DNA of 64,000 nucleotides from Syntrophales bacterium (GTDB lineage: Bacteria; Desulfobacterota; Syntrophia; Syntrophales; UBA2210). Within the stretch, counting starts at the first letter, position 1. Every line of letters starts with the position of its first letter. The DNA lies in contig CAXXKT010000001.1 in NCBI GenBank assembly GCA_963662405.2, positions 320,001-384,000 on the forward strand, given 5' to 3'. A program made the translations under genes and the position numbers. This document shows positions 19,898-29,522 of this stretch, in pieces. The notes beneath the pieces are model-generated. The model made no database searches, had not been told where the DNA came from, and saw only the letters and a list, made by a program, of their open reading frames with translations.

Positions 19898-20575
19898 CTA
19901 CCAGAATTTCCAGAACTTCCTTTCAGGGGGTGGCTTCCTCGCGAAGTCAGGACCATCAGGAAGGCTGGAGAGGGTTTCACCAACAATCTGTCGAACAGCC
20001 GGTTCATACGCCTGGTACGCCTTCAGTTCCAATCTCTTTTTGGTAAAATCATAATGCCTGTCGACCACGCTCTCCTGCGAACTCCATAAGGTGATCCCTG
20101 TATCAGCATCTTTCAATTCGAGAGCGACGGCAACCGTTGTCGGCGCGTAAACACTGATAAACGAAGTTTTCCACTCGAGGAGACGAGGATACAGGATGGC
20201 ATCGACCCCCAGAGATTCCCCGATAACCGTCGGAGGAAGAGCATCCATGCCTTCACCGATCCTTTTACCACAATCGACAGTCAGTTTTTCGTCTATTATA
20301 TCGAGCGGTATTCGAGGATATCCCTTGAAATAAAGCGCATCAAGAATTGTTTTCCGCAGCAGCTTGGCTGCCTCTACATCGTTTGTCTTGTTCTCGACCG
20401 GTGCCAGGGCGACAAGACGGACCCCTCTCTGTTCATAATCGGGCACAATCGTATGAGTAACTCCGGGGGCACATCCCGATAAGCCGTAGGCCATAAGACA
20501 GAGCACGAAACCTGCCTTGAGATTATTTATCAAAACTGCTTTCTCCTTATTCCATATTGAATTCCAACGTATCAT
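19898..20575 (-). CDS. DUF799/GNA1162-like lipoprotein
   Basis: Lipobox LSGC; VALAPVEN...LGVDAILY...TGITLW. Confidence 0.7.
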   Translation of the reverse strand: MIRWNSIWNKEKAVLINNLKAGFVLCLMAYGLSGCAPGVTHTIVPDYEQRGVRLVALAPVENKTNDVEAAKLLRKTILDALYFKGYPRIPLDIIDEKLTVDCGKRIGEGMDALPPTVIGESLGVDAILYPRLLEWKTSFISVYAPTTVAVALELKDADTGITLWSSQESVVDRHYDFTKKRLELKAYQAYEPAVRQIVGETLSSLPDGPDFARKPPPERKFWKFW

Positions 20576-21245
20576 GCGTCATACGAATCAGAGCGAGAGA
20601 AAAATCTCTGAATCCCGTCAGCTGGAGTTCCTTGGCAAGCACAGATGCATCTCCCTGCATCTCGATATCCAATTGGGCAACACCCGATCCTATCCTCGGC
20701 AGGGACACGGCATGTACTCCCCGGGTATCGTTTTCCAACACTTCCCTCAAAACCTTGAAATCACGACAGCGTTCTATACCCCGGACGGTAACACTAACAA
20801 TCGTTCTCGCAGACGACACCTGCCACCGCCCCGCGAAGATACCCAGGAATTCAAGGTCTCGCCGTATGTCCAACAGCGACAGGGTGGCGAGCATCCTGAT
20901 ACGGTAACGCCCGTTTTTTATGCCTTCCTGCAGGATCCGGTAATCACGGATATAATCCTGATGTTTCGAGTAGACAGCGACGTCGAGGATATCAACATTT
21001 TCCGACACAACCTCTTCGGGAATCAGCATCTCGACCACCTGTTCCACGGCCCCTCGCATCGAGTCACGTATCGCTTCCTCCCTCGCCGACAGCTCGTCTT
21101 TTCCGTACACGATACTGATACCCTCGGCCTCGATAACCCTGACAACCTCTTGGTTTGACTCTACATATCCCGGATACAGGAGAAAGAAACACAGGATCGC
21201 GGAAAAGATGTAACAACATACGTTTTTTACAAACATATCCCTCAT
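20547..21245 (-). CDS. Exported protein with FlgT N-terminal-like domain
   Basis: Hydrophobic N-terminus; IEAEG...AREEAIRDSMRGAVEQ. Confidence 0.55.
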   Translation of the reverse strand: MRDMFVKNVCCYIFSAILCFFLLYPGYVESNQEVVRVIEAEGISIVYGKDELSAREEAIRDSMRGAVEQVVEMLIPEEVVSENVDILDVAVYSKHQDYIRDYRILQEGIKNGRYRIRMLATLSLLDIRRDLEFLGIFAGRWQVSSARTIVSVTVRGIERCRDFKVLREVLENDTRGVHAVSLPRIGSGVAQLDIEMQGDASVLAKELQLTGFRDFSLALIRMTHDTLEFNME

Positions 21246-21262
21246 ATCACCAAGCCCGTCAC

Positions 21263-21550
21263 TTACCGACCCGGAGCTTTCTTCAGTTGCTCGACTTCTT
21301 CCCGTATGATCTTTTCAGCAATGGAGGGAAACATCTCCCTGGCGATCCTCTCCGCGATCTTTGTAACAATGCCTGCAATCTCATCTTCTAAGTTATCCGC
21401 CAACGGCACTGCCTCAATCTTTTCTTCTACAACATCAACAAGATCATAGATCTTGTAGTCCCCCGGTGCTGTCTCGTTTTTTTCTTCTACAACATCAAGG
21501 AGATCATAAATCTTCTGATCCTCCGGCACCGCACCCATATCCTCATCCAT
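21263..21550 (-). CDS. Small acidic protein with tandem KIYDLxDVVEEK repeat and RomR-C-like tail
   Basis: 60-bp-period direct repeat at 21421/21481; C-terminal IAREMFPSIAEKIIREEVEQLK. Confidence 0.7.
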   Translation of the reverse strand: MDEDMGAVPEDQKIYDLLDVVEEKNETAPGDYKIYDLVDVVEEKIEAVPLADNLEDEIAGIVTKIAERIAREMFPSIAEKIIREEVEQLKKAPGR

Positions 21551-21688
21551 ACAGCACCCCCGCTGTCTGATGTCACTGCGCCTTTTGTTTTAACAGGTTG
21601 AAAACCGGGCAAACACCGGCATATGCATTTGCACGCTACCACACAGGAACAAACACTTCAAGGATTTTACCCCGTGGCCTTCAGAGAT

Positions 21689-21720
21689 AAAAACGGCCGG
21701 GAGATCTGACTCCCGGCCGC
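21689..21720 (-). terminator. Intrinsic terminator ending the atpE-Cache transcript
   Basis: cggccgggag-tcagat-ctcccggccg-TTTTT on the minus strand. Confidence 0.8.
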
Positions 21721-21793
21721 TTCATTCTTCCCGTTGAGAAGACACAGACCACCTGAGGAGCGTTCCCCGAGTCAGTGTTCCTCAACCATTCTG

Positions 21794-23092
21794 TTAATCT
21801 TCGTCATCGTAATAGTGCGGTTCAGCCCCCGCAGGAACTTCCGCCTCGATCGAACGGGTGATCCCCTTCGAAAGCAGGGCGGAAATCAGGAAGAGGATAA
21901 ATACCGCGATGACAAGTATCAGGATGATGGTCCTCATCCAGGCATGCGCTTCCTTCTCAATTGCCTGTGCGGTCGCTAATGCCGCTTCGTTAAACTTGTC
22001 GACATCCAAACCCATGCCGACCCAGCCGAACCCTGCAGGTTCAGGGTACGAAACCGACTTGAACGGTATCGGTGCATAGGCGACAAACTTGGTGTGACCG
22101 CCAAAGGTATACTTCCGGCTTCCCGCATGTCCCGCAGCCGCATCCTTCGCAACCTCCGGAAGAGCAGGATCCATATACCCCAGATGGAAGAGATTCAGGA
22201 CCTCTTCACCTTTCTTCTTCATATTTTCAGCTGTTTCTTCGGTGAGGGGCGAAACGGGGGTCCCGTCACGGTAGAGCCCCGCTATATGGAAATCATCGGG
22301 GTGTGAGATCATCATTCCCCGATTGTCAACCACATAAGCATACTCACCTGTCGATGAATCCGCCTCAAGCACGGAAACTGCCTGAGTTGGTATGATATTA
22401 TCCGTAAATTTAGCAAGTTGTCGTACATCAAGAGCAAGGGTTATAAGCCCTGTGAATCCCTGCTTATCAAACAGAGGCGTCGCGAATCGAACGATACCCT
22501 CAAACCGTTTTCCCTTTTCAAAGTCAGCCCGATTCACATACCAACCGGTGACAGGGGACACGTAGACATCGCCCTTGCCAAGATTCTTTGTCTGTGCAAA
22601 GTAATCTTCTGACTTATAGGTCGTATCTTCGGGATTACTGATATTGCCCAGCCCGGACGCCGGAGCGATTTCCCCGTCGACGATCTTGATAACCTCATTA
22701 CCCGCCTCGTCTATCAGGGCCATTTCGACATACAGAGGCTCGGAAGATTTTACAATCTCTCCGCCTTTTTTAATCCAGAGATCTTGTCTGTTCTTTTGCA
22801 CGAATTCTCTGTACGTCTCGGCATCCGCCGTTAGAATTGTCGCTATCAGTGTATCTTTCTCACACTCCCGCAGGAAAGACGCAACATTATCGGCTACGGC
22901 AACAGCGCGGTTCATGATCTCTTCTTGCGCCTTCTGGTCAAGGACAGCCGCCGCCCCTTTCTTTGACGTGTCCCCCAACTGAAAAATGCCGTTGGCTATC
23001 AGAAAAGACGTCAGCAATAAGGGGATTACGATAAGCAGAAAAAATACCCTTGATACGGTGAAAAACTGCTTACCCTTTGTAGTTTCTGACAT
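21794..23092 (-). CDS. Membrane-anchored dCache sensor protein with no cytoplasmic output domain
   Basis: Two TM helices flanking Cache motifs (YFAQTK..GDVYVS, YAYVVDNRGMMISHP, FVAYAPI); only ~24 aa after TM2. Confidence 0.8.
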   Translation of the reverse strand: MSETTKGKQFFTVSRVFFLLIVIPLLLTSFLIANGIFQLGDTSKKGAAAVLDQKAQEEIMNRAVAVADNVASFLRECEKDTLIATILTADAETYREFVQKNRQDLWIKKGGEIVKSSEPLYVEMALIDEAGNEVIKIVDGEIAPASGLGNISNPEDTTYKSEDYFAQTKNLGKGDVYVSPVTGWYVNRADFEKGKRFEGIVRFATPLFDKQGFTGLITLALDVRQLAKFTDNIIPTQAVSVLEADSSTGEYAYVVDNRGMMISHPDDFHIAGLYRDGTPVSPLTEETAENMKKKGEEVLNLFHLGYMDPALPEVAKDAAAGHAGSRKYTFGGHTKFVAYAPIPFKSVSYPEPAGFGWVGMGLDVDKFNEAALATAQAIEKEAHAWMRTIILILVIAVFILFLISALLSKGITRSIEAEVPAGAEPHYYDDED

Positions 23093-23144
23093 TTCTATCT
23101 CCCCCTGACTTTTGTTAATTTTGAAGTTAGTTGCTCAGAGCCGA

Positions 23145-23522
23145 TTAACCCCAAAGGAAACTCGTGTAAGGGTTTGCATAGAGAAGAACAAGCGAAACGA
23201 CAAGGGCGTAAATAGCAATCGATTCCGCCATAGCCATACCAACCAGCATTGTCATCATGATCTTTCCCTGAACGCCGGGATTCCTTCCGACAGCGCTACA
23301 GGCCCCATTCGCGGCATTACCGATACCGGCACCCGCCCCGATCGCCCCGAGACCGATCGCCAGACCGGATCCCAGCATCGCGCCGACGGCAAAGATAACC
23401 TTTATCCAGGATCCTCCCTCATCCGGAAGAGCCTCAGCAGCAAACACCACCGGCGAAGACACCAACAGGGCCGCCGTTACCATCAGCAGAGCTGATAACC
23501 ATTTTACTGTCCTTCTTACCAT
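23145..23522 (-). CDS. atpE: F0 ATP synthase subunit c with signal-peptide-like N-terminal extension
   Basis: GAIGAGAGIG, RNP loop, AESIAIY, LLYANP; AAAGGAG SD. Confidence 0.96.
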   Translation of the reverse strand: MVRRTVKWLSALLMVTAALLVSSPVVFAAEALPDEGGSWIKVIFAVGAMLGSGLAIGLGAIGAGAGIGNAANGACSAVGRNPGVQGKIMMTMLVGMAMAESIAIYALVVSLVLLYANPYTSFLWG

Positions 23523-23616
23523 TTCTTTTTTCTCCTTTCCTCACTGATGCTTTTTATCTGTACGTACCGTACAAAAGTTTCTCAAGCATGACTGTTTTCG
23601 AAACCGCCCAAGCTGC

Positions 23617-23632
23617 TGCAACAGACATGCCA
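23617..23632 (-). promoter_or_regulatory. sigma54 (-24/-12) promoter of atpE
   Basis: TGGCATGTCTGTTGCA versus consensus TGGCACG-N4-TTGCW, 95 bp upstream of the ATG. Confidence 0.8.
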
Positions 23633-23732
23633 CGCATCCCCCTATCCTCATGATTAATTCTAAGGCACCAACATTACAAACTATATAATATATACCCTCA
23701 TGCGGTACCGGCCGGCCTCCCACCTCTTTCCG

Positions 23733-23779
23733 TTTAACATTTCATTCAACCAACCAAGTGGATTGAACAAAAGATGAAA
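23733..23779. promoter_or_regulatory. Candidate enhancer (UAS) for the sigma54 activator
   Basis: Imperfect inverted repeat TTTAACATTTCATTCAA...TTGAACAAAAGATGAAA, 100-150 bp upstream of the sigma54 site. Confidence 0.4.
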
Positions 23780-23917
23780 CGCTCACGGGGGACATGCCGA
23801 TCCACCAACACCCACTTATTATCTTTCTTCTAGCGTTCCATGCGAGTAAAGTCAATACACAACAGATATAAACGGGTATTTGCCGATCTCGCACCCCTTC
23901 ATTTTTCATGATTTTTA

Positions 23918-23946
23918 TTGAAAATTGGCTTTCAGGACTGTAGTAT
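23918..23946 (+). promoter_or_regulatory. sigma70 promoter of the two-component operon
   Basis: TTGAAA-N17-TAGTAT. Confidence 0.55.
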
Positions 23947-24011
23947 CGAAGTGCTGTAGCGTCGTGTGGACCTGTTTACAATTTGCTCCGACTACCACAG
24001 GGGGGAAAACG

Positions 24012-24206
24012 ATGCAGGAGATACTGACCGTGATAACCTATCTGGTTGTCTGGTTGATCTGCAAAGAAGTGCTCGGCATTCAGAGTGGGCTTGTCACCCT
24101 TATTATTTCTCTCGGCGCAGCTGTAGGCATTTACATACTGTCTGCGGTCAAAGGGGGGGGGGACAAAAAAAATCTACCAGACGATAATGGACACCATGGA
24201 GACTGA
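24012..24206 (+). CDS. Small two-TM membrane protein overlapping the kinase start
   Basis: MQEILTVITYLVVWLICKEVLGIQSGLVTLIISLGAAVGIYILSAV; G-rich SD. Confidence 0.6.
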   Translation: MQEILTVITYLVVWLICKEVLGIQSGLVTLIISLGAAVGIYILSAVKGGGDKKNLPDDNGHHGD

Positions 24207-26925
24207 CAAAGGCCCCAGATCGTTTCAGACTACACCAAAAATCCCCATATGGCTGACCACGGTAGCCGTTATTGTATTTATTCTTCTCTTGGCACTCACC
24301 GTCAATCAAGCCCGTGAAAAGGATATCGTCGAACAGTTCAGCCGTCAGCAGATGGCGATCGCCAGAGGAAGGGCGACGGGGATAGAGGATTTCATTTCAG
24401 GCATTGAAAAGAGTTTGATCCTTATTTCCCGGCTGCCGTACGTCAGGGGAACAACACCGGAAGCCACCGGGCAGGGCATTAAGATTATCTATAAAGACCT
24501 CGGGAAGATGGATTTTATAGAAATGCCGTACATCAAAGGGACCATGGATGAGGTGGTCACGCAGAGCATCAAGGTCGTCTACGACGACCTCGCCGGGAAG
24601 GTGGATTTCATAGCATTAGAAGATCTCAACGGGGTGATCGGCGTCGGATACCCCCCTCCCATCCTTGACCGGATACGGGGGAAAGGCCTCGCATCCCGGC
24701 CATATTTTCCGGAAATACAAAAAACGGGTAAGCCCTATATCGGTGCCATTCCACTGTTGGCAGCCAAAAAGACGGCCGGGACAAACGGTGACAGGCCTCA
24801 TTCGGTCATCGTTGCCGTCCCTACCTATGATTCGAGAAACAGTTTTTCCGGCACGGTAATTGCCATCCTCTCTTTATCCACCATCATCGATCGCTATATC
24901 CTGTCCCGGAATGAAACATCATGCTGTTCATGGGTTATGGATAGTAACGGCATCATCCTTGCGCACCCCGACCCGGCCCTCACCGGGCAAAGTGTGGCGG
25001 TTATGGAAACCACAATTGAAACGGGAGGATCACTGAAAGCCATCTTCGAGGAGAAAAAGGCGGGATACGGGGAATATTGGCTCACCGGAAACGGGGGGAA
25101 ACCGGAAAAGTTCATTATAGCTTACGCCCCGGTTGAGCTGAATACCAGATATTGGATGGTTGCGGTCACCGCCCCGTATAATGAAATCGTGCTCCTGGCT
25201 CGGAAGGGCTTTTCGAATATCATGCTGGGCGCCTTGGGGCTCATCATCGTTGTGATCGTTTCGGGCATGGTAATCGCTGTTACCAATACGCGGCGCTTGC
25301 GCCTCAAGGAGGAATTGAAGCGGCTGAAGGAACGAGAGGAATGGCAGGAAAAGCTGCTCATTGAACACAGGAAAACGGAGGGGGTAATCGAAGGGTCACC
25401 GATACCCACCTTCGTGCTGAACAGAGAACACCGTGTCATTCTTTGGAACAAGGCGTGTGCGGAACTGACAGGCATTGATGCCAAAGATATGATCGGTACG
25501 GATCGCCACTCCTTCCCGCTTTACAAGAGCAAGAGGCCCACGATTGCAGATGTTATTATCGACACCGATATGGATGCCCTCAAAAAATACTATGAGACCA
25601 AAGATGTTCGGGAGTCGAAAACGGTCAAGGGGGCCTATGAGGCAACGGACTTTTTCCGTGATGTCGGAGGTAAGCCCCGGCACCTGTATTTTCTGGCATC
25701 GCCGATATACGATGAATGGGGAGAGGTCATCGCGGCTATCGAGACCATACAGGACACAACCCATCAGAAAGAAATGGATATCAAGCTGGAAGAATACGCT
25801 GAAAGCCTCCAGGACGAGTTGGCCGAGAATATCGATCTCCGGCAAAAAGTAGAAAAACTATTCAACTACCTCCAATCCATCATCGACAGTCTTCCCGACA
25901 AGATATTCGATCTCAGCAAAGACGGGGTCATCAATTATGTGAGCCATGACGTCAAGCATGATGGGGGTATCGGTATCATCTCCAAGAAATTCGGGGGAAA
26001 GCATTTCGCCGACTTTGTCGACGAGGAAAACAGACAGTTTGTCCTCGATATATGGGAATATGCCAAAAAGGGCATCTACAATCCTTATGAGATGACGGTA
26101 ACTGCTCGGGACGGATCGAGGCGAAATCTGCTGATAAGGCCCTATCCGGTCACGGGAACCGATCGATTGATCCTCGTTCAGAGAGATATTACGGAGTTCA
26201 AGGCCTTGGAGAAGAAATTCTACGAGAGCCAAAAGCTTGCCGCCATCGGCCAGCTGTCGGCCGGGATCGCCCATGAGGTACGAAATCCCCTCTCCTCGAT
26301 CAAGATGAGCCTCCAGATACTCGAAAAACGGATGCTCCCGGCAGGGAATGACCTGAAACGCTTTGAAATTGCACGGAGAGAGGTCGAGCACCTGGAAAAA
26401 CTCGTCAACGACATCTTGATCTATGCGAAACCGTCCGATCCCGTCAAGAAACGATCCGACCTCCGGCAGATTATTGATCACGCCCTTGCACTGACCGAGA
26501 AATCCCTGGAGGACAAGCACATCCACGTGGAGACCTTCTTTGCACACGACCTTTCCCCCCTGGATGTCGATCCGGCGATGCTGGAACAGGCCTTCATCAA
26601 CATTTATCACAACGCCATCGACGCGATGGAGGAACGCGGAACGCTCGCGATATCCGCTCGACAGGAGAACAGCCAAATCAGGGTGGAGATCAGGGATGAC
26701 GGGTGCGGAATCTCAACGGAAGATCTTCCCTATATCTTCAATCCCTTCTTCACGAAAAAGAGTTCCGGCACCGGGCTGGGACTTGCTCAGATCAAAAAGA
26801 TCATCGACCAGCATCAGGGTACGGTAGAGATATCGAGTGAAGAGGCGAAGGGAACCAGCGTCATTATCACCTTATCGGCGCAAACAGGCGAGGAAGAACA
26901 ACAGGCACCCACCAGGATTTCTTGA
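24187..26925 (+). CDS. Sensor histidine kinase (TM-dCache-TM-PAS-PAS-HisKA-HATPase)
   Basis: AGIAHEVRNPL H-box; NAIDA; DDGCGI; FNPFFT; GTGLGL. Confidence 0.96.
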   Translation: MDTMETDKGPRSFQTTPKIPIWLTTVAVIVFILLLALTVNQAREKDIVEQFSRQQMAIARGRATGIEDFISGIEKSLILISRLPYVRGTTPEATGQGIKIIYKDLGKMDFIEMPYIKGTMDEVVTQSIKVVYDDLAGKVDFIALEDLNGVIGVGYPPPILDRIRGKGLASRPYFPEIQKTGKPYIGAIPLLAAKKTAGTNGDRPHSVIVAVPTYDSRNSFSGTVIAILSLSTIIDRYILSRNETSCCSWVMDSNGIILAHPDPALTGQSVAVMETTIETGGSLKAIFEEKKAGYGEYWLTGNGGKPEKFIIAYAPVELNTRYWMVAVTAPYNEIVLLARKGFSNIMLGALGLIIVVIVSGMVIAVTNTRRLRLKEELKRLKEREEWQEKLLIEHRKTEGVIEGSPIPTFVLNREHRVILWNKACAELTGIDAKDMIGTDRHSFPLYKSKRPTIADVIIDTDMDALKKYYETKDVRESKTVKGAYEATDFFRDVGGKPRHLYFLASPIYDEWGEVIAAIETIQDTTHQKEMDIKLEEYAESLQDELAENIDLRQKVEKLFNYLQSIIDSLPDKIFDLSKDGVINYVSHDVKHDGGIGIISKKFGGKHFADFVDEENRQFVLDIWEYAKKGIYNPYEMTVTARDGSRRNLLIRPYPVTGTDRLILVQRDITEFKALEKKFYESQKLAAIGQLSAGIAHEVRNPLSSIKMSLQILEKRMLPAGNDLKRFEIARREVEHLEKLVNDILIYAKPSDPVKKRSDLRQIIDHALALTEKSLEDKHIHVETFFAHDLSPLDVDPAMLEQAFINIYHNAIDAMEERGTLAISARQENSQIRVEIRDDGCGISTEDLPYIFNPFFTKKSSGTGLGLAQIKKIIDQHQGTVEISSEEAKGTSVIITLSAQTGEEEQQAPTRIS

Positions 26926-26991
26926 TACGTCTGTGGCAATTGGGGAATCGATCCGCACGGGGCTTCCAACAGAGGGGGAAATACACACGCT

Positions 26992-28362
26992 ATGGCGAAA
27001 ATTCTTGTCATTGATGACGATAAATCGATCCGTGAAAGTCTTGAACTCTATCTGGAAGAAGAGGGGTATAACGTGCACACGGCTCCCACCGGGACGGAAG
27101 GCCTGAATCAATTTGTGAGAGCACTGCCGGATGTGGTGATCCTCGATATCCGACTCCCCGACATAGACGGCTTCACCGTTCTCGAGGACCTGCGCGAAGA
27201 GGATGAGAAGATCAAGGTGATTATGATTACCGCCCACCATGATATGGAAACTACCATCAAGGCGATGAAGGGGGGTGCCTTCGACTATATTCACAAACCC
27301 ATCAACGTCGATGAACTGGACATCGCCATCAAGAAGGCGCTGGGCTCGATTGAGATGGAAAAGAAGATCAGCGGACTTCTCATGGAACACCACCGCGATT
27401 TCAAGGTGGGCGATATTATCGGGACAGGTAACAAGATGAAAGAGGTATTCAAGACCATCGGGGTTGTCTCACAGAGCCAAACAACCGTCCTGATACAGGG
27501 AGAAAGCGGCACCGGAAAGGAACTCATCGCCAAGTGTATCCACTACAACACCTCACGGGACGAGCCCTACATAGCCATTAACTGCTCAGCTATCGTGGAG
27601 ACCCTCCTGGAATCTGAGCTGTTCGGTCACGAAAAAGGCTCCTTCACGGGTGCGATAGCGAGGAAACAGGGAAAATTCGAGCTTGCCCGATACGGCACGG
27701 TGTTCCTGGACGAGATCAGCGAGATGTCCGTGAACCTCCAGGCCAAACTTCTCCGCGTCCTTCAGGAAATGGAGTTCGAGAGGGTCGGAGGGAAAGACCG
27801 GGTCAAGGTGAATGCGCGGATCATAACCGCAACCAATAAAAATCTCAAACAGATGGTCCAGGAGGGGACATTCAGAGACGACCTCTTCTACCGCCTGAAC
27901 ATCGTATCAATCCAACTCCCCCCCCTCAGGGAGCGGCAGGAGGACATTCCACTCCTCGTTGAATACCTGATCAGCAAGGCAAATAGAGAACTCCACAAAC
28001 AGGTCATCGGTGTTTCGGATGAGATGATGGAGATCTTCGACCGATACAGCTGGCCGGGGAATATCAGAGAGCTGGAAAACATCCTGGTCCGCGCTGTCGT
28101 TGTCGCAAAGGGGCAGGTCCTCGGCAGGGAGGACTTCCCGGATTTGATGGAAGAGAAAAATGCCAAGAAAACGTCCGATACGATCGACGATGATGAACCG
28201 GGGAAGATCCTGACCCTCGATGAGGTCGAGGAGCGGCACATACGGAAGGTCATCCGGGGAACCAACAAAAACAAGGGGGAGATCTGTGAAATCCTGGGGA
28301 TATCCCGTCCCACTTTTGAACGAAAACTGGAAAAATACGATATTATCTTCGAAAGAGAATAA
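26992..28362 (+). CDS. sigma54-dependent response regulator (NtrC/AtoC-like REC-AAA-Fis HTH)
   Basis: VIDDD/LDIRLPD; GESGTGKE; HEKGSFTGA; FLDEI; WPGNIREL; LGISRPT. Confidence 0.97.
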   Translation: MAKILVIDDDKSIRESLELYLEEEGYNVHTAPTGTEGLNQFVRALPDVVILDIRLPDIDGFTVLEDLREEDEKIKVIMITAHHDMETTIKAMKGGAFDYIHKPINVDELDIAIKKALGSIEMEKKISGLLMEHHRDFKVGDIIGTGNKMKEVFKTIGVVSQSQTTVLIQGESGTGKELIAKCIHYNTSRDEPYIAINCSAIVETLLESELFGHEKGSFTGAIARKQGKFELARYGTVFLDEISEMSVNLQAKLLRVLQEMEFERVGGKDRVKVNARIITATNKNLKQMVQEGTFRDDLFYRLNIVSIQLPPLRERQEDIPLLVEYLISKANRELHKQVIGVSDEMMEIFDRYSWPGNIRELENILVRAVVVAKGQVLGREDFPDLMEEKNAKKTSDTIDDDEPGKILTLDEVEERHIRKVIRGTNKNKGEICEILGISRPTFERKLEKYDIIFERE

Positions 28363-28406
28363 GGACGATCACGCAGCAACCCTCATCGGTAACCCCAACT
28401 ACACGC

Positions 28407-28437
28407 AAAAGGCCCTGACGGATCTGTCAGGGCCTTT
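28407..28437. terminator. Bidirectional terminator between the regulator and atpB
   Basis: aaaggccctgac-ggatct-gtcagggccttt. Confidence 0.85.
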
Positions 28438-28471
28438 CCATTCGGCATAGATAATTCTCTTTGGCTCTGGA

Positions 28472-29125
28472 CTAGTGCGATTCCTCCATCGCCAGCTGTA
28501 TGTAAATCATCGACAGCATGACAAAGACCAGGGTCTGGATGATCGAGGTAAAAATCATCAGCACGAAGATCGGCAGGGGAACGAGAAAGGGAACCAAGAG
28601 CAGAACGATTGCCAGGACCAAGTCCTCGCCCATGATATTCCCGAAGAGACGCACGGAGAGAGAAATCGGACGCGCGAGGTGACTGACAAGCTCAATGGGG
28701 AGCATAATGGGGGTCATCCACCAGACGGGGCCCATGAACTGCTTGACATATTTGAAACCGTGCAGCCAGATTCCCACGATGTGGGTCAAGACAAAAACCA
28801 CCAAGGCCATGGATACGGTGGTATTGAGATTGGCTGTGGGTGACTCGAATCCGGGGATAAGACCGAGCAGGTTGGCCGTGAGAATAAAGATGGCAATAGT
28901 CGCGATCAAAGGGAAAAACTTGAGACCGGCCGACCCCATGGCATCAAGCATCAGGTCCTTGACACCCCCCAAGACCACCTCGAAGACATGCTGTAATTTT
29001 CCGGGATATATACTGAGCTTCCGTGTCGCAAGGAAAGCAAGAACAGCCAAAATTACCATGATGAGCCACGTGTACGTGACGTGAGCCGGAAGCGGAATCT
29101 TCTCAAGAAATAAAAAGGGATGCAT
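28472..29125 (-). CDS. atpB: F0 ATP synthase subunit a
   Basis: [32 protein letters not shown]. Confidence 0.97.
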   Translation of the reverse strand: MHPFLFLEKIPLPAHVTYTWLIMVILAVLAFLATRKLSIYPGKLQHVFEVVLGGVKDLMLDAMGSAGLKFFPLIATIAIFILTANLLGLIPGFESPTANLNTTVSMALVVFVLTHIVGIWLHGFKYVKQFMGPVWWMTPIMLPIELVSHLARPISLSVRLFGNIMGEDLVLAIVLLLVPFLVPLPIFVLMIFTSIIQTLVFVMLSMIYIQLAMEESH

Positions 29126-29522
29126 TGTTCTTTTTAAACCTCCTCAATGGGTTTTTCACATTGGCGCCAACAACCGTAATGACGACACTGATCACGACTA
29201 CAGAAAGTCCGAGTACAAGGCCAAAGACGTCAACCGGTACCTGGGTTATGACAACAAACAGCACAACACCCGTAATGATAAGCCGCAGATAATATTTCAT
29301 CACCATAAAGGGTTTCGCCCGCTCGGCGTGTTTTAGCAAAGAACTCCTCAAGTCTCTGGCAAGCCAGTAAAAATTGACAATACTGATAATGCCTCCGATA
29401 CATACCCCTCCGGCAAATCTGACCGACAGGAAGAGAATGCTGAGGGCAGCGAGTACTCCGAGCGTCACCCAGTTTCCTATTTCAACCTTTCGCTGCAGGA
29501 TCGTTTTTTTTATATCCGTCAC
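29103..29522 (-). CDS. atpI: ATP synthase protein I
   Basis: Four TM helices, [12 protein letters not shown]...YYLRL; directly before atpB. Confidence 0.88.
   Translation of the reverse strand: MTDIKKTILQRKVEIGNWVTLGVLAALSILFLSVRFAGGVCIGGIISIVNFYWLARDLRSSLLKHAERAKPFMVMKYYLRLIITGVVLFVVITQVPVDVFGLVLGLSVVVISVVITVVGANVKNPLRRFKKNNASLFIS

Noticed and set aside
21421..21514. 60-bp-period direct repeat as a mini CRISPR array
   Set aside because: Two in-frame copies inside a coding region; no CRISPR array or cas genes seen in the window
23145..23522. Na+-translocating or N-ATPase assignment for atpE
   Set aside because: Helix-1 Gln/Glu ligand is absent and no N-ATPase operon genes are adjacent
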